From NCBI GenBank assembly GCA_951406725.2, contig OX597834.1:23250001-23314000 (forward strand): a DNA stretch of 64,000 bases, read 5' to 3'. A program made the translations under genes and the position numbers. Source of the DNA: Octopus vulgaris. Lineage: Eukaryota. Below, one piece after another: positions 36,084-49,718 of the stretch (positions within the stretch are counted from its first letter, which is position 1; the number at the start of each line of letters is the position of its first letter). The notes under the pieces were generated by a model, which saw only the letters and a program-made list of their open reading frames with translations, ran no database searches and was not told the origin of the DNA.

Positions 36084-39000
36084 ATAATACTGTCTGTGAT
36101 TATATTAATACCTTCTCTAATTCTCTACCCCTATCCTCTTTACGCTCTCTTCCACTGTCTGTGTGTCCTTACTCTGTCTACCTCTGTTATTATGTGTGTC
36201 AATACCCCAGCTCTCTCTTTCTCACATTGTTTGCTTGTCTCAGTACCCCACCTCTCTTTCTCTCTGTCTGTCTGTCTGTCTCTCTCTTTATTAATCTGTG
36301 TCGATGTTCTTTCTGCGTGTGATTGTGTCTGAACTCTCTCTCTCTCTCCTCTGAACACAAAGGATCTATGCATACAAAAGCATGGTTTGACAGTAATTAA
36401 TGCCAGGTTCATTAACCATATACAATTAACCCTTTATTATCAACCTATCTAGCACTAACATAAATAATGTAATGAGATGTCAGGAGGTCAACACTAGCAA
36501 CAACAATATACATTAACAGGTGCCGGCATGATTGTATGGCTCCTTGGCAACCACATGGTTTTTGGTTTAATCTCACTACATGGCATCTTGAATGAGTGTC
36601 TTCTGTGAACCGAGATGACCAACCAATGCCTTGTGAATGGATTTGTTAAATGGAAACTGTATGGAAGCCTATCATGTGTGTGTGTGTGCGCACGCGCATG
36701 TACTCCCGTGTGCATGCATGCTGATATTTGGTAGTTTCACTTGTCACTTTTAAAATGGAACATTGACACATTGCTGGTAGACATTATGACTGGTCACTCT
36801 GGACATTTTTTTTTATTAGTTTCAGTTTGAGAGCTGCAGCCGTGCTGGGGCACCGCCATTTAACGATTGGATGCTAAAATAAATGGTTAGGGGTGGTAAC
36901 AGGAAGAAAATCCAGCCGTAAAATGTTGTCTCATACAAGAATAGGAAAATATGGATGGTGAATGATTGTAAGAATACATCATCCTCATCATATGTCTGTT
37001 TTTCGTGCTAGCATGGGTTGGACAGTTTGACAGGAGCTGGTAAGCCAGAGGTCTGCACCAAACTTCAGTGTCTGCTTCATGCATGGACAGGAAGCCAAAT
37101 GCACTTTTGCTGAAGGACAAGAAGCCAAATAGACACAATGCCGAATAGACGGAAAGCTGTACGTACACAATAATAATAAAAAAAAAGCATTCCTACCTAC
37201 ATAGTTTAATGACCAATTCACCAATTTGGCACTTAAGGTTTAATGAGATTAAATATTAATTTTCCTATGTCTCTTCAGCATCTTGTCTGTTTGGCATTAC
37301 GTCTGTTTGGCTTCAGCTTCTTGTCCTTTGCCAAAGTGCATTTGGCATCCCATCTGTGTGCTGTCTGCTTAGTTATGGTCTCTATGGCTGGATGCCCTTC
37401 CTAATACTAACTGTATTATAGTGTCTCCTGGCTGCAGAATCTGCCGGCACTGCCACTAGTGAAATCACCATGTGATCCGTTGGACAAGACTCCCTTGACT
37501 GAGAGGGGAGTAATATTGAGGGAAGTGGTTTTATACCATGTGATGAGAGGTGAAAGTATTATAGCCAGAAATGGATGTTTTGCTGTGGAGGAGATACATG
37601 GCTACCCTAGTTAGAAAAGGAGAGATGGTCAAATGGTATGAAGATGTGTCTCAAGTTATAAGAAGTTGAATATAAGAGCAGTGACATGCGTTGGGCCTCA
37701 CGGTGGCAATGACCAAGACCTTTGGCATTATGTTGTGCTTGAAATTGCAGTCGTGGCAGATAATGGTGGCATGTAAATGCATCCCAGTATCATGCAAATG
37801 GCACTCGTGCCATTAGCACATAAAAGCACCCATTACACTTTCTAAGTGGTTAGTGTTAGGAAGGGCATCAAATCTCTGTGTGATGCTGCAGGTGCTTTGA
37901 AACTGAACACAGGAGACTGCATGAAGAGAGGAGGAGACATTATCATCAACATACTGCTGCCGTTGTTGGGGGTTACTTTTCCATACCCCCAGCACCACAG
38001 AATCTCCAATCTCTTATCAGTCTTGTCTCTCACATCCACTCCCATGAGAAACAATGTACTGGACCCAGAAGAGGATGGATGTCCTCGATTGATACTGTCA
38101 TTATATTGATGGGCTGTCATAAGCAGCATGATGTTGTCCTTCATCATCATTTAATGTCTGTTTTCCATGCTGGCATGGGTTGGACAGTTTGACAGGAGCT
38201 GGCACCAGGCTCTAATTGTCTGTTTTGGCATGGTTTCTATGGCTGGATGCCTTTCCTAACACCAACTGCTTTACAGAGGGTACTGGGTCCTTTTTACATG
38301 ACATCGGCACCAGTGCTTTATAAATGGAACCAGCATGGGTAATTTTCATGTGGCACTGTCATGGGTGCAATTCACATGACACTGAAACAAGTGCTTTTTA
38401 TGTGGCACCTGCACCCACAAGCTCACATGACAAGGACCTCTTTGTGCCTATCAAATCCTATCAAACTGTCAAACCCATGCCAGCATGGAACACAGATATT
38501 AAATACACTCCATCACACACACACACAGGTTTCTCTGGATATTAGTAAACAAACTTTAGTTGGTCACAAATGACAGAAAAGCTAATGTAATGCTGTGTGG
38601 TATGTACCAAATTCTAGCATCAGCATGGCAGATTGCAATCTAATGCAAAAAATATAAAACATGTCAGGCTCATGGCTGTAACTGTTAACCACAGAGACTC
38701 AGCTTCTTGACCACAGCCAGGTTATTTTGTGATCAGGGTCAGGAAAGATAGTGGAATCTGGGCTGGTGGGAGGGGAGTCATGTCTTGCTAAGAAAAAAAA
38801 AACATTCTCAGATGTCAGGACATTCTCAGATGTCAGACATCAGGACAACTGAGTTTGTCCAACAGGTCTAGGACATCATCAAGTCACTGAACAGATCAAG
38901 GTGACTGAGTCCTCTATCAGATATGTGGCATACAAGTACATCAGGTACGAGTTTGTACTTGATGAAGAGAGCGCAGCTCAGGTCCAGCAGGACTTGAGAG

Positions 39001-41918
39001 AGTCATGTGATCATGTGACTGCCTAATTCTCCATTAGACAGCTATATATGTGTAGGGGTCACTGGTTAGCAAACCCACAGTGCTAAGTTGTCATTGAGGG
39101 TTGCTCTCATATATTAGGCAGAGGCCACTGGCTATCAGACTCACAGTATCAAGGGACCTCTTGTGATTGTAGTGAGCAGCAGTGGCAGGGGCCACATGGT
39201 CCTGTCATGCTGTCACTTTTGGGGTTACATCAGGGCCATCATTAGGACTCAGTTTGTTTCTTTATTGAATCTACTTGAAAGTATGTACTGTTTTATTGGG
39301 ACCATTCTTTTTTTGTCTATTTGGTAACTTTGATATATTTTGCAGTACCATACATATATAGTCAGAAACTCTATAAAAACCTTCAAGAAGTCTTAGATTT
39401 ATATTTAGATATCACAAAATGTGTTTCAGTCAATTTTTGATTTCTTCAGAGCTAATCCTTGCTCAGGTTGGCTCTTAAGCTTCAATAACACACATATACA
39501 CACACATATATATATATACCAACTGCACCATTATATGTTTGTTTTCCATGCTGATAGTTGTATGCAAGGTTTCTCCATTATATGAACAGTGTCATTGGTT
39601 TCCATTATTCTGCAAAAACATGTCTGGCCTGGGGAAAATTTTTTATCTTGCTTGGAAACAAGTGAAGATTTGAGACAAGAAGGGCATCCAGCTTATAAAA
39701 CTCTGCCTTAATAAACTCTTGACTGTGCTAGCATGGAAAAATGGGTGTTAAAATGATATAATGGTATAAAGAGAACTCAATACTAGAATCATCATCATCA
39801 TCATTTAATGTCCATTTTCTATCCTGGTATGGGTTGGATGGTTGGACAGGAGCTGGCAAAGCTGGGAGCCACACAAGGTTCCATAGTCTGTTTTGGTTTG
39901 GTTTCTATGGCTGGATGCCCTTGCTAACACCAACCACTTTACAGAGGGAACTGAGTGCTTTTTATGTGGCACCAGCACCAGAATATAGTGTCTAGAAGAT
40001 TCTATTTACTGTATTTTAATGTGTATAAGGAACCCCCTAATTTTGGGGGCTTAAAATTTGGAAAAAAGGTTTTGTAAGGGATTATGATAATATCCATGTA
40101 TAAGAAACTCTCATATTTTTTAAACCTAGCTTTTGACTAAAAAACGGTTCCTATAATAGCTGTATATTTCTTAAATCATCATCATTTAATGTCTGTTTTT
40201 CATGGTGAGATGAGTTGGACGGTTTGACGGAATCCAGTGAGCCTCAAGGCTGCATTGAACTCCAATGTCAGCTTTCGCATATTTTCTATCGCTGGTTACC
40301 CTTTCTCATACTAACTACCTTACTGAGTGTACTGGGTGTTTTTTTTACATGCCACCAGCACTAATGAGCTTGGCAGATAAGTTGCAAGACCTACAAAGAA
40401 TGGAAAAGTGAAACAGCCCCCATAGGGAAGAGGAGGAGGAGGCGGCTGTATACAGAACTGAGAGGTTGAAGTATGATAGAGGGTCAAGTACAAGTGCCTT
40501 GCTATGGAGGAGATTCATAGGTACTCCACATAATGTAAGGGTGACTGGTAGCAGCTGGGAAGAAAATAAGAAGGGTAGTGATGGGGTACCAGAAAACAGT
40601 CTCAAGTTATATTACTCGATGTATATTACTATCAATAGATTTCACGTATCAAGGCATCAAGGTGGCAGATTCATAAGAACACTGCGCAAATGCTTAGTGG
40701 CATTTTGTCTGTCTTTTCTTTTTGAGTTCAGATGCTGCCAAGGTCAACTTTGCCATCCTTTCAGGGTGGATAAAATAAGTACCAGTTGTAATCGACTTGA
40801 CCCCTTCCCGAAAACTGCTGGTGTTGTGCCAAAATTTGAAACCAATATATTTCGCCCCTCAGTGAATTATTTGATGGTGGACTTTGATGTTTATAAGTCC
40901 ACCACCAAGCTGCCGCTACAATGCATTCAGTGGGCTTCCATGCAATCTCCGTTTCCCCAATTTCACTGACGAGGTTTTCAAACCTTTCACACACACGCAC
41001 TACATGTTAAGTAACCTCCCTTCTTACTGCTGCCGACCCCTTTATCTGACGTGATGGGTGAGCCTAGCCCCTGCACAGTCATATATGGTAACGTATTGCT
41101 CGGCAAGTTGGCCCCTATCTACTTCACAAATCGTATGTTCCCACACAACACGCATAAATATATGCACATGTATACATACGCAGACATACCGTGTGTGTAG
41201 CTTTGATTACAGGGGATCCGTAAGGGGCAGAAGCATAGCAAAATGAAACATGCCACAATTATTGGCTAAACAGAATGACGCAAGACAGTTAATCCATTAT
41301 CATAGTACAGAATGCGTCGATAAAGGGATGTTCGCTGTTGTTAGGTAATGCTCAGCTCTGATAACATCCCAGAGTATCCAACGATGAATGAAACCTTAAG
41401 TGTGGCGTGGCGTAAAAACGTAATATCAGCAGACGAATTTATTCGTGTGCGCATATATATTCATATGTCTATATAAAATTATGTACTTTCGTCGCCATGA
41501 AGTTTTGTGGCACCTATTTGTGGTGAAAGGCATTCTGGCTGCAATAATTGCCATTTTTAGGGGTGTGTCTAGAACCACATCATCTAATACGTCTTCTTAT
41601 CTACAACGACATTTGATGGAGAATCGACTGCTGTTTCTAGCAGAAGGTTCCTCCTTCGTTGATTTGCATGTATAATGACTGGCGTGTTTTCAACAGATCG
41701 AAACCAATGTGTGAAACATCTTCTCCGCCGCCACCACCACCACTATTATAAATGACGTCGATTATGTAGACAGAACCTTGGCGACGGTGAAGGTGGTGTA
41801 GTGCTCCCTCCCCCCTCTGCAGCTTTGGATACGCGCGCCATCTTTCGCTTCCCCCCTCTCTCTCTCTGTCTATCTATCTATCTCCCTCTCATCTCTTGTT
41901 GCTTTTTCTCTGTCCTTA

Positions 41919-41967
<49 letters not shown>

Positions 41968-42029
41968 AACATTGACTGCGTTTGTCGTCTGTTACTCACC
42001 CTCTCTCTTTGAGTTCTTTTATATCACTC

Positions 42030-42060
<31 letters not shown>

Positions 42061-45000
42061 TCTGTCTCTCTTTTAATCTCTCTCTCTCTCTCATTTTGCA
42101 TCACTGCTACTACCTCTCCCGTACCCACCTTCTCTGTCTTTATGTTACTCTGTATCACCTCTTACTCTCTTACAGTGTGTTTATATCGCCCCCAATCCTT
42201 TATCCCTCTCTCTCTCTCTCTCATTGCCTTGGTATTACAGCTTCTCTTCCCCTACTATCACAACACTTTCTTTATATCACTACATCTCCTCCTCTACTCC
42301 CCCTCCCTCTCTCTCTCTCTCGAAATTGTATTTCTCTTTCCTCTCCCCCTCCCAATTTTACTCTATCACTGCGTCACCATAACTTTCACGGTTACCCCCT
42401 CCCTCCCTCACTTCTAACATCATCCTCACCGCTTTTCAGAATGGCAGAATTGTTTCTGGACCATGCATGCACCTATATGTATATCAATATATAAATACAC
42501 ACACACACACACACACACATACATACATACTAATGTGTCAGTTTGAAATCGCGATATGGAATTTAAATGACGATGGTGAAGATGGCCATTATTTATGTCA
42601 GAGCTCCATGTATGGTCGTATTAGATGTGTAAACGCTATGCTGCTCTTTTTTACTATTGTCCCTGTGTTGCTTCCATATAGCCTCTTTCGTGTGTAGACA
42701 CGCCGATCACTCGCACACACAACGGGGTGACGAAACAATTTTGGATTAATTTATATAAATATATATGTATGTATACATGCGCTTGTATACACATATTCAC
42801 ATTCACACCAACATCACCTGAGCTGTGATAAACCCAAACAAAATAAAGCACAGACACAGACATACAAGCACACAACGTTTCTTTCTCTCTGTCTCTCCCT
42901 CCCTCTTTGTTTCTCTGTCGCTAACTGCTCTCTCTCTTTCGTGTGCAAATGTGTGCGCACGCGCGCACCGTGAGGTATTCCTGTACTATAGAGTCGGAAA
43001 TTATTTTAGCGCACCAAAATCCGTAATTGTTTCTGCTTCGTATGTTTTAAGCATCGTAGATTACAAATCTTTACCCCTATCTCGCACCCAATTTTCTTTG
43101 TTGTGGGGTACCTCCCCCAGCGACACATTTTACGTAGGTTTTCAGTTTTTACATTTTTTTTTTATTCGGATTTTAAGTCATGTATAATTTTAAAGAAAAA
43201 CCACATGTTTAAAAACCGAAATATGAAAACAAATAAATAAAATAAAAGAGGTTGGGAAGTGAAAAATTACAAAAGAAAAGGCAGTGGGTGGCACCTTCCC
43301 CCACATACAAGAAAATTGCTTTTGCAGAATCACGCTAGATGATTCCATCTTCATTCTATAGTAATGTCCACGCGCGCATGTGTGTCTGTGTGTCTGTGTT
43401 ATGTTCCCGTAACGTAATGGTTCGGCAAAAAGTGACCGATAGAATAAATATTAGGCTCTAAAAAACGTACTGGAGTCGATTTATTCGACTAAACCCTCCC
43501 AAGGCAGTGCTCCAGCATGGCCGCTGTCCAATGACTGGAACAAAATGATACACACATACGCGCGCGCGCTCGCCTGCCTGTCCACTTAAAGACATGTATA
43601 TACATGTATATGTTCACTCAGAAATTACGTATAAACACACACAGACACTCCCGTCGCGGGTCAGTGCAGAGACCTCTATGCTGTTGCTCGACATGCTAGA
43701 AATAACAGCCGAACCTACACCTCCAACACCGCACTGCCGTCTTTATAATAATAATGACGGAGTGGTCACAGCTGGAATGTCTTGGACTGGAACATTCCTC
43801 TCCGTATCGTCCGCTTGGGTTGGGTTATTTTTTTAACCCTAGGTCGCTCCTGGACGAATATGCACCTGTTTCGGTTTTATTTTATTTTCACAGACATAAG
43901 TGTATCTAGGACTACACCGTCTCATCTGTCCTGTTCTAAGACAGCAACATGTGATTTCTGAGTCATCTGACTGCTATTGCTTGTGGATCGAACACCCTGT
44001 TAGAAATAGCAGCTCGCTAATAATGGTAGTAGTAGCAGCAGCATATATTTATGTACAGCTGTTGGAAATTGTATGCGTGTGTGTGTGTATGTGTGTGTGT
44101 ACAGAGACGTTAAAAGCTTCTGTGCGTGTATTTGTTTGCATACTGATGTTGAAAGTTAGATTGGCGTTGAAAATGGGTGTATACATGGATCATAACATAT
44201 GTGCATGTGTACAAATACTGCCGTTGGAAGGCGTGTATGTATACGCAGATTGACGTTGGTGTCTCTGTGTATGTATGTATGTATGTATTTGAATTGTATA
44301 TGTATTTATCTATTTATGTGTGTATATGTATACACACACATCAACAAAACACACCGACACACATATTAAACGTGCGTAAATATATTCACATTCATTCATC
44401 TCAACCATCACTGTCTTTTTGATATGACCCGACTTCAATTTGTGTATATATACAGATATACATACAGTTTTCGACATCTGACTGTGTGTGTGCATACAGC
44501 CTTCAGCGACTGTGTGTGTGTGCACATCACTTTCATGTGTCATCGTGTCGCTTGTCGATCGGAAGCGGTGGGGCGTTTACGTGGTCGCTCGGTCTGTTAG
44601 AAATAGCAGACAATTTTACCTGAAATCACTAAAAAAAGGGCCATTGCACAATGTTGTTCTAGCTATCCCGTGTCTTGGATTAAAAAATAATATCAGACTG
44701 GTTTATGACGTAACGGCTTTGATAAAGGATTTTCTGAATCAGCACTAATCAGGTGTGTGTGTGTGTGTGTGTGTATGTATTACGTATGTATATAAGAGTG
44801 TGCGTGCGTATCATCATCACTTAATGAACTTTAAGTGATGTTGATCACACACACACACACACGTACACATGAATTATTGACAGTGATTTCAAAGTGTTGC
44901 CAGTGGTGGCTTATCAACCAGAATAAGCCTCCATCAACAAAACTTTGGAGTCACTGTCAATAATTTATTATAACTTGTAACCTTACACATATATTGGATC

Positions 45001-45559
45001 TTTTATTCATTCAATGTTCTTTGCTTTTTATATATTTAAAAACCTTTTTAATTATATGCATTTAAGAATGGCATCAAGCATAGAAACCATATTAAAGCTG
45101 ACACTGGTGCTTGCTGCAATCCTTGGATGCATTGGATCAGGTCAGACTGTCCAACCCATGTCAGCATGGGACATGGATATTAAATAATGATGATGATGAT
45201 TTAAGAAATATCCCTCTGTGTGTGTGTAAACATGGGAAAACAATAGTTGTGGGCATACTATTAACTGAGAAATGGGTGGATAAGGTGATCACGGTAGTCA
45301 GAGTGTGCAATAGGTTACTTATGCTTTGACTAGTTTTGCAAAGTGCATTAGTGTCCGCAGTGATTTGCATTGGACAAAGCACATCTCTAAAATTTTCAAG
45401 AAGACCAAGAATATCTTGGCATCATTCAGCAAGAATGTGAACGTGACCTGGGCATTATTGTCGACAGCGATTTGCGTTGGACAAAACACATTGCTAAAAT
45501 TGCCAAGAAGGCTGAGGGTGTCTTGGCATCACTCACCAAGTCCTTTGTGAGCTGCTCTC

Positions 45560-46790
45560 TGGCTATCTATCTGCGGCTTTATATAGCTATGGTGCGACCT
45601 CACCTGGAATTTGCATCACTGGTCTGAAACCCTTTCTTGCCCAGGATATTAATTGTCTGGAAGCCGTTCAGCGATGTGCAACCAAGAGAATACCCTCCAT
45701 CAGGCATTTGCCATATTCTGAACGCCTTACTTCCTTGGTCATGGATACATTGAAACTCCGACATCTGGCAGCTGACTTGGCAGACACCCATAAAATTATT
45801 AACCATCGTACAAACAATAACTCTGAGCACCTTTTCAAACTTCACCTGTCTAACACCTGTGGACATGTTTACAAAGTCGGAAAACAGCACAGCTCCCATG
45901 ACTTTCGGAAACATTTTTTCATACTAAGAGTTGCTGAAGCATGGAACAAACTGCCAGCGTCAGTGTTAGTTGTTGGAGCACTGCATCCTTCAAAACTTCC
46001 ATTCTTCCTGAGATTTGCCAACACTACCCCTGATTTTCTCCCCTCCATACACACGCAAGCATGTATCTGACTCATACACTGTTCACTTTCCAGACATTGG
46101 TACATTACTGCATATGCTTTATATGCACTTTTGACAAGTTGTGGTGCACCTGAACACTGTATACAATAATTTCATTATTATTATTAAGACCTTTGTCAGC
46201 CGCTTTCCAGCTATCTATTTAAGGTGGTATATGGCTGTGGTGTGGCCACACTTGGAACCCCTATCTTGCTCAGGACATTGACCTCCTGGAAACTTTTCAG
46301 AGATGTGCAACCAAGCGAACACCCTCCATATCTACCATACTCTGAACGCCTTGCTTCCCTGGGCATAGATACATTGAAGCTCCAACGTCTGGCAATTGAC
46401 TTGGTAAATACCCACAAAATTATTAACCATCATGCCAACCACCACCTTAAGCATCTTTTTGAGCTTCATGTGTCTAACACATGTGGGCATGCTTACATGA
46501 CTTTCGGAAACATTATTTTCACACTCAGTCGCAGAAGCATAGAACAAACTACCTGCATCAGTTGTTAATTGCTGAGACATTGCATCCTTTAAAATCTCCA
46601 TGCTTCCTGAAATTCCCCAACACTACACCTGATACCCTCCCCCCCACCGTACGCATGCACACATGTATATAATGATTCATACACTGTTCACTTTCCTGAC
46701 TTCTCTACATAATTCTGTGAGCTGTACTTGCACTTTTGATGAGTCGTTGTGCACCTGATAACAATACACAATAATCTCATTATTATTATT
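45560..46790 (+). mobile_element. Two tandem older CR1/L2-clade LINE 3' fragments (about 45560-46186 and 46188-46790)
   Basis: PYSERLTSLVMDTLKLRHLAADL...FRKHFFILRVAEAWNKLP with frameshifts; each copy ends in (ATT)n. Confidence 0.8.
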
Positions 46791-46799
46791 TAAAAGAGC

Positions 46800-47225
46800 A
46801 ACTATTATTTTTGCCTATACCCCTCAGCTGGAACCCCTGGATGAACAAACAGATCGATTTTATGATACCCCTTTGCAGACTACCTTGATGACAAACAACA
46901 GATCCTTCTTTCTATCTTCAGTGAGCATATTGGGGAGCCCCTGGGTAGCTTCCATGGGGTGCAGAGAGACGATGGATTTGGTTTTTGTAATGAGGAGGGA
47001 ACAAGGCTGTTGGAGTTTTATGATGCAAATGACCGAATGATCTGTAATACTAACTTAAGGAAACCAGCCAGGTGCCTGACCACCTATCAGTGTGGTGAGC
47101 ACATAAAGTGGATAGAATATATTCTCACCAGAAAGTGGGATAGATGGTCGCTCATAAATGCAAAAGACCTCTCCATCTGAAGAATACACTCTTCAACATA
47201 GCTGAGTCATAACTGACTTCAGAGG
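46800..47225 (+). mobile_element. RTE-clade LINE AP-endonuclease fragment, degraded
   Basis: GFGFCNEEGTRLLEFYDANDRMICNTNLRKP...TYQCG...IEYILTRK. Confidence 0.75.
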
Positions 47226-47229
47226 ATGG

Positions 47230-47261
<32 letters not shown>

Positions 47262-47302
47262 TAGACAGACAGACAGATACATACATACACAGATAGATAG
47301 CA

Positions 47303-47395
47303 TTGGGTTGGTGCATAATTATTGCGGCTTTTTTCAACAAATTTTATTCAACAAAAACAATAACAATATGTAATAAAAACATCTTTAAATGATTA
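47303..47395 (+). mobile_element. Mariner terminal fragment
   Basis: TTGGGTTGGTGCATAATTATTGCGGCTTTTT resembles the Hsmar1/MADE1-type TIR TTAGGTTGGTGCAAAAGTAATTGCGGTTTTT. Confidence 0.6.
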
Positions 47396-47974
47396 TACAT
47401 CAACCCCAGTGCTTAACTGGTATTTATTTCATTGACCGCGGAAGGACAACTGGTAGAGTTGACTTCAGCAGAATTTGAACTCAGAATGTAAGAATAGATT
47501 CTTTATCATTTTGGGATGAGTCCAGCAATTTTGAGGAGAGAAGTTGATTACCTCAGCTTCAATAAAATCACACCTGTTAAGGTGTAATTGTGAGTTCAGA
47601 GGGTTACGGTCAAAAATTTGCCAAAATAAGGAAGAGGGAGGAGGAGTTACAGTATGAATGATGATGATAAGAGGAGGAAAAAATGTTTGAACAGAAATAG
47701 TATATGTTAGGTGTGAAGGAGCAGAGACTTTTGTAGTAGTGGTAGACAAGGATAGAGAGAGTGGACACAGCTGATCTGTGAGTCACAAATTTGAGATATG
47801 TCTGGCTGTGGCTTCATGCTGATCAGTCAAGTGGTCTAAGATGTCTGGATGTCTCTAGTGATCATATTTTCCAGAACTTCCATATCCTTGAATATTTTGT
47901 GATATCTTTTATAAAAGTTCAGTTTTGTATAATTTTCCCTTAAAATATTGTTTTCGTCTTTTGCAGCTTTTAAG

Positions 47975-48892
47975 ATGAGTAGAAGACAGCACATCAAACT
48001 AAAATATATTGAGCATTTCAATCAAGGCTGGGCTTCTGAAGATTGTGAGTTAATTGCAAATGAAGAACGACTGGACGAATTCTATGAACGTCTGCTAAGT
48101 AACAAAGAAATATGCTGCCAGTTTCCTCAGGTTGTACATCTGAAGACACCTATCCTTCCTGACTTTGAGCACGAACAGCCCTCCACTGGCGAGCAAGAGC
48201 ACTATCTCAGTGCTCTCCTGGGTTGCCAGAAAGTTTTAGCAGAGACTATATGTTTGACTTCGCCTTTTACAAAATCTTTACAAAAGCGACTTGCTGTTTT
48301 ACAACGAATCTATTCGGCTGTATCAAGCAAATATCATGACCAGAACAAAAGCAACATTGAAGAGCCGTCGTTAGATGCTGACAAAACAAATGACAATGGC
48401 AAGTTTGCTGGGGATAAGACAAAATGTGGTTCTGAGGTTCTTATTGAAATGGGCATTAAGACCGGATTGAGTTTGTTGTTCTCATTGCTGAGACAGAATT
48501 GGATCCTTGCCCCTCATATTGACAACGTTTGCTTATGCGATGACGTCTTCCAAACAGCCCTTGACGTCGTCACCAAACTACCCCCACTGTCCCTTGCTAA
48601 TGAGATAAAGGTCACGCCACTCGGGATGGAGACCTTAAATCAAGTGACCAACTTCCTGCGGAGTACAATCGGACCAGCGTCCAGTGCTAACTTGGTCGGT
48701 CAACAGCTGGCTGCTGAACTCATGTTAGCATTGGCCGCCCAGAGGGGATCTTTACGCTATCTGCTAGAGTGGGTGGAGGTCGCCCTGCAAGCTTATGCTG
48801 CTTCCATGAAATCTGATGACCATTCCCAGAGATCGACAAACATCCATTACGATTTCTTCATGGATATAATCCAGCAGATGGTTCAGTCCGTT
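47975..48892 (+). CDS. HERC1: E3 ubiquitin ligase HERC1, first coding exon (306 codons)
   Basis: MSRRQHIKLKYIEHFNQGWASED...LPDFEHE...LQKRLAVLQRIY...LIEMGIKTGLSLLFSLLRQNW...LAAQRGSLRYLLEWVE matches the HERC1 N-terminus; acceptor ttgcag ends 47966; donor GTT|gtaagt. Confidence 0.97.
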
Positions 48893-49138
48893 GTAAGTAT
48901 ATCTTGCTGTCCCATTGCACTCTCATTTCTTTTCTCATCAGTTTACATTATTTTATTTTATATCAATGCAACAAGGGAGTCTGTACATGGTCACTGCACA
49001 TGCTAGAAATAGCAGCCAAATCTCCTGAAATCACACCTTATTGTCTCAAATAATGAAGGATATATTGGACAATGTAGTCACTGATAACAAAAACAAGAAA
49101 AAAACACACACTGGTTGGTCCTGCCTGAAATATCTTTG

Positions 49139-49254
49139 AATGTTATTGATCATCAGCCTGTTTGATCAAGCCTGACCTGGGGCTAAACAACAACAATTGT
49201 TGTTGTTTAGCCCCAGGTCAGGCTTGATCAAACAGGCTGATGATCAATAACATT
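49139..49254. repeat. Perfect 116-bp palindrome with no loop
   Basis: 58-bp arms centred on CAA|TTG at 49196/49197. Confidence 0.9.
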
Positions 49255-49497
49255 GTTGTTTAGCCCTTGGTCGGCCCTGATCCATCAAATCAGTGATTAA
49301 AAACATTCCATTTGTGACCAACCACTCTTTCTTTTTCATCAGTGCATCTAGAAATACATTGCACTGTGTGATATTTTTAAGACAGTAGGATATGATTTGA
49401 GGTGTGTTGACTGTTATTTCTAGCATGTCATGTGACCAGATATAGACTTGTTTGTTGTGTTTTAATTTGATTATTAATTTTTAAAATCATTTGTTAA

Positions 49498-49718
49498 CCC
49501 TTTCATTACCAACCTGGCTGAAACCAGCTCTGGCTTTGTAGTACAAAGGTCTTGTTTTCATAAGTTTTGAATTAAAATCTTCCCCCAAATTTTAGTCACA
49601 ATTTATGTTCCTAACACTGGCTGAATGATAACTAAGTTATTTTACTAAATTCTTTGTTATACCTAAAGTAATTGAAAGAAACACAGAGCATCTCAAAATA
49701 AATACAGTAACGAAAAGG
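49498..49718. mobile_element. piggyBac-like MITE (partial relatives at 570-643, 49740-49897, 49985-50130)
   Basis: TTAA|CCCTTTCATTAC...GTAACGAAAAGG|TTAA. Confidence 0.75.

Noticed and set aside
35751-36332. Repetitive ORFs (EIIDTNNQRQR / LPLIVCVNDL)
   Set aside because: By-products of the 39-bp minisatellite, whose unit length is a multiple of three.
38660-39350. Unique GC-richer block with an 18-bp tandem duplication, considered as an LTR or exon
   Set aside because: No ORF, no convincing termini or TSD; it cannot be classified from sequence alone.
47948-49006. The 352-aa ORF taken as a complete single-exon gene
   Set aside because: Its ends are intronic read-through; the coding part is 47975-48892 and splices to further HERC1 exons.
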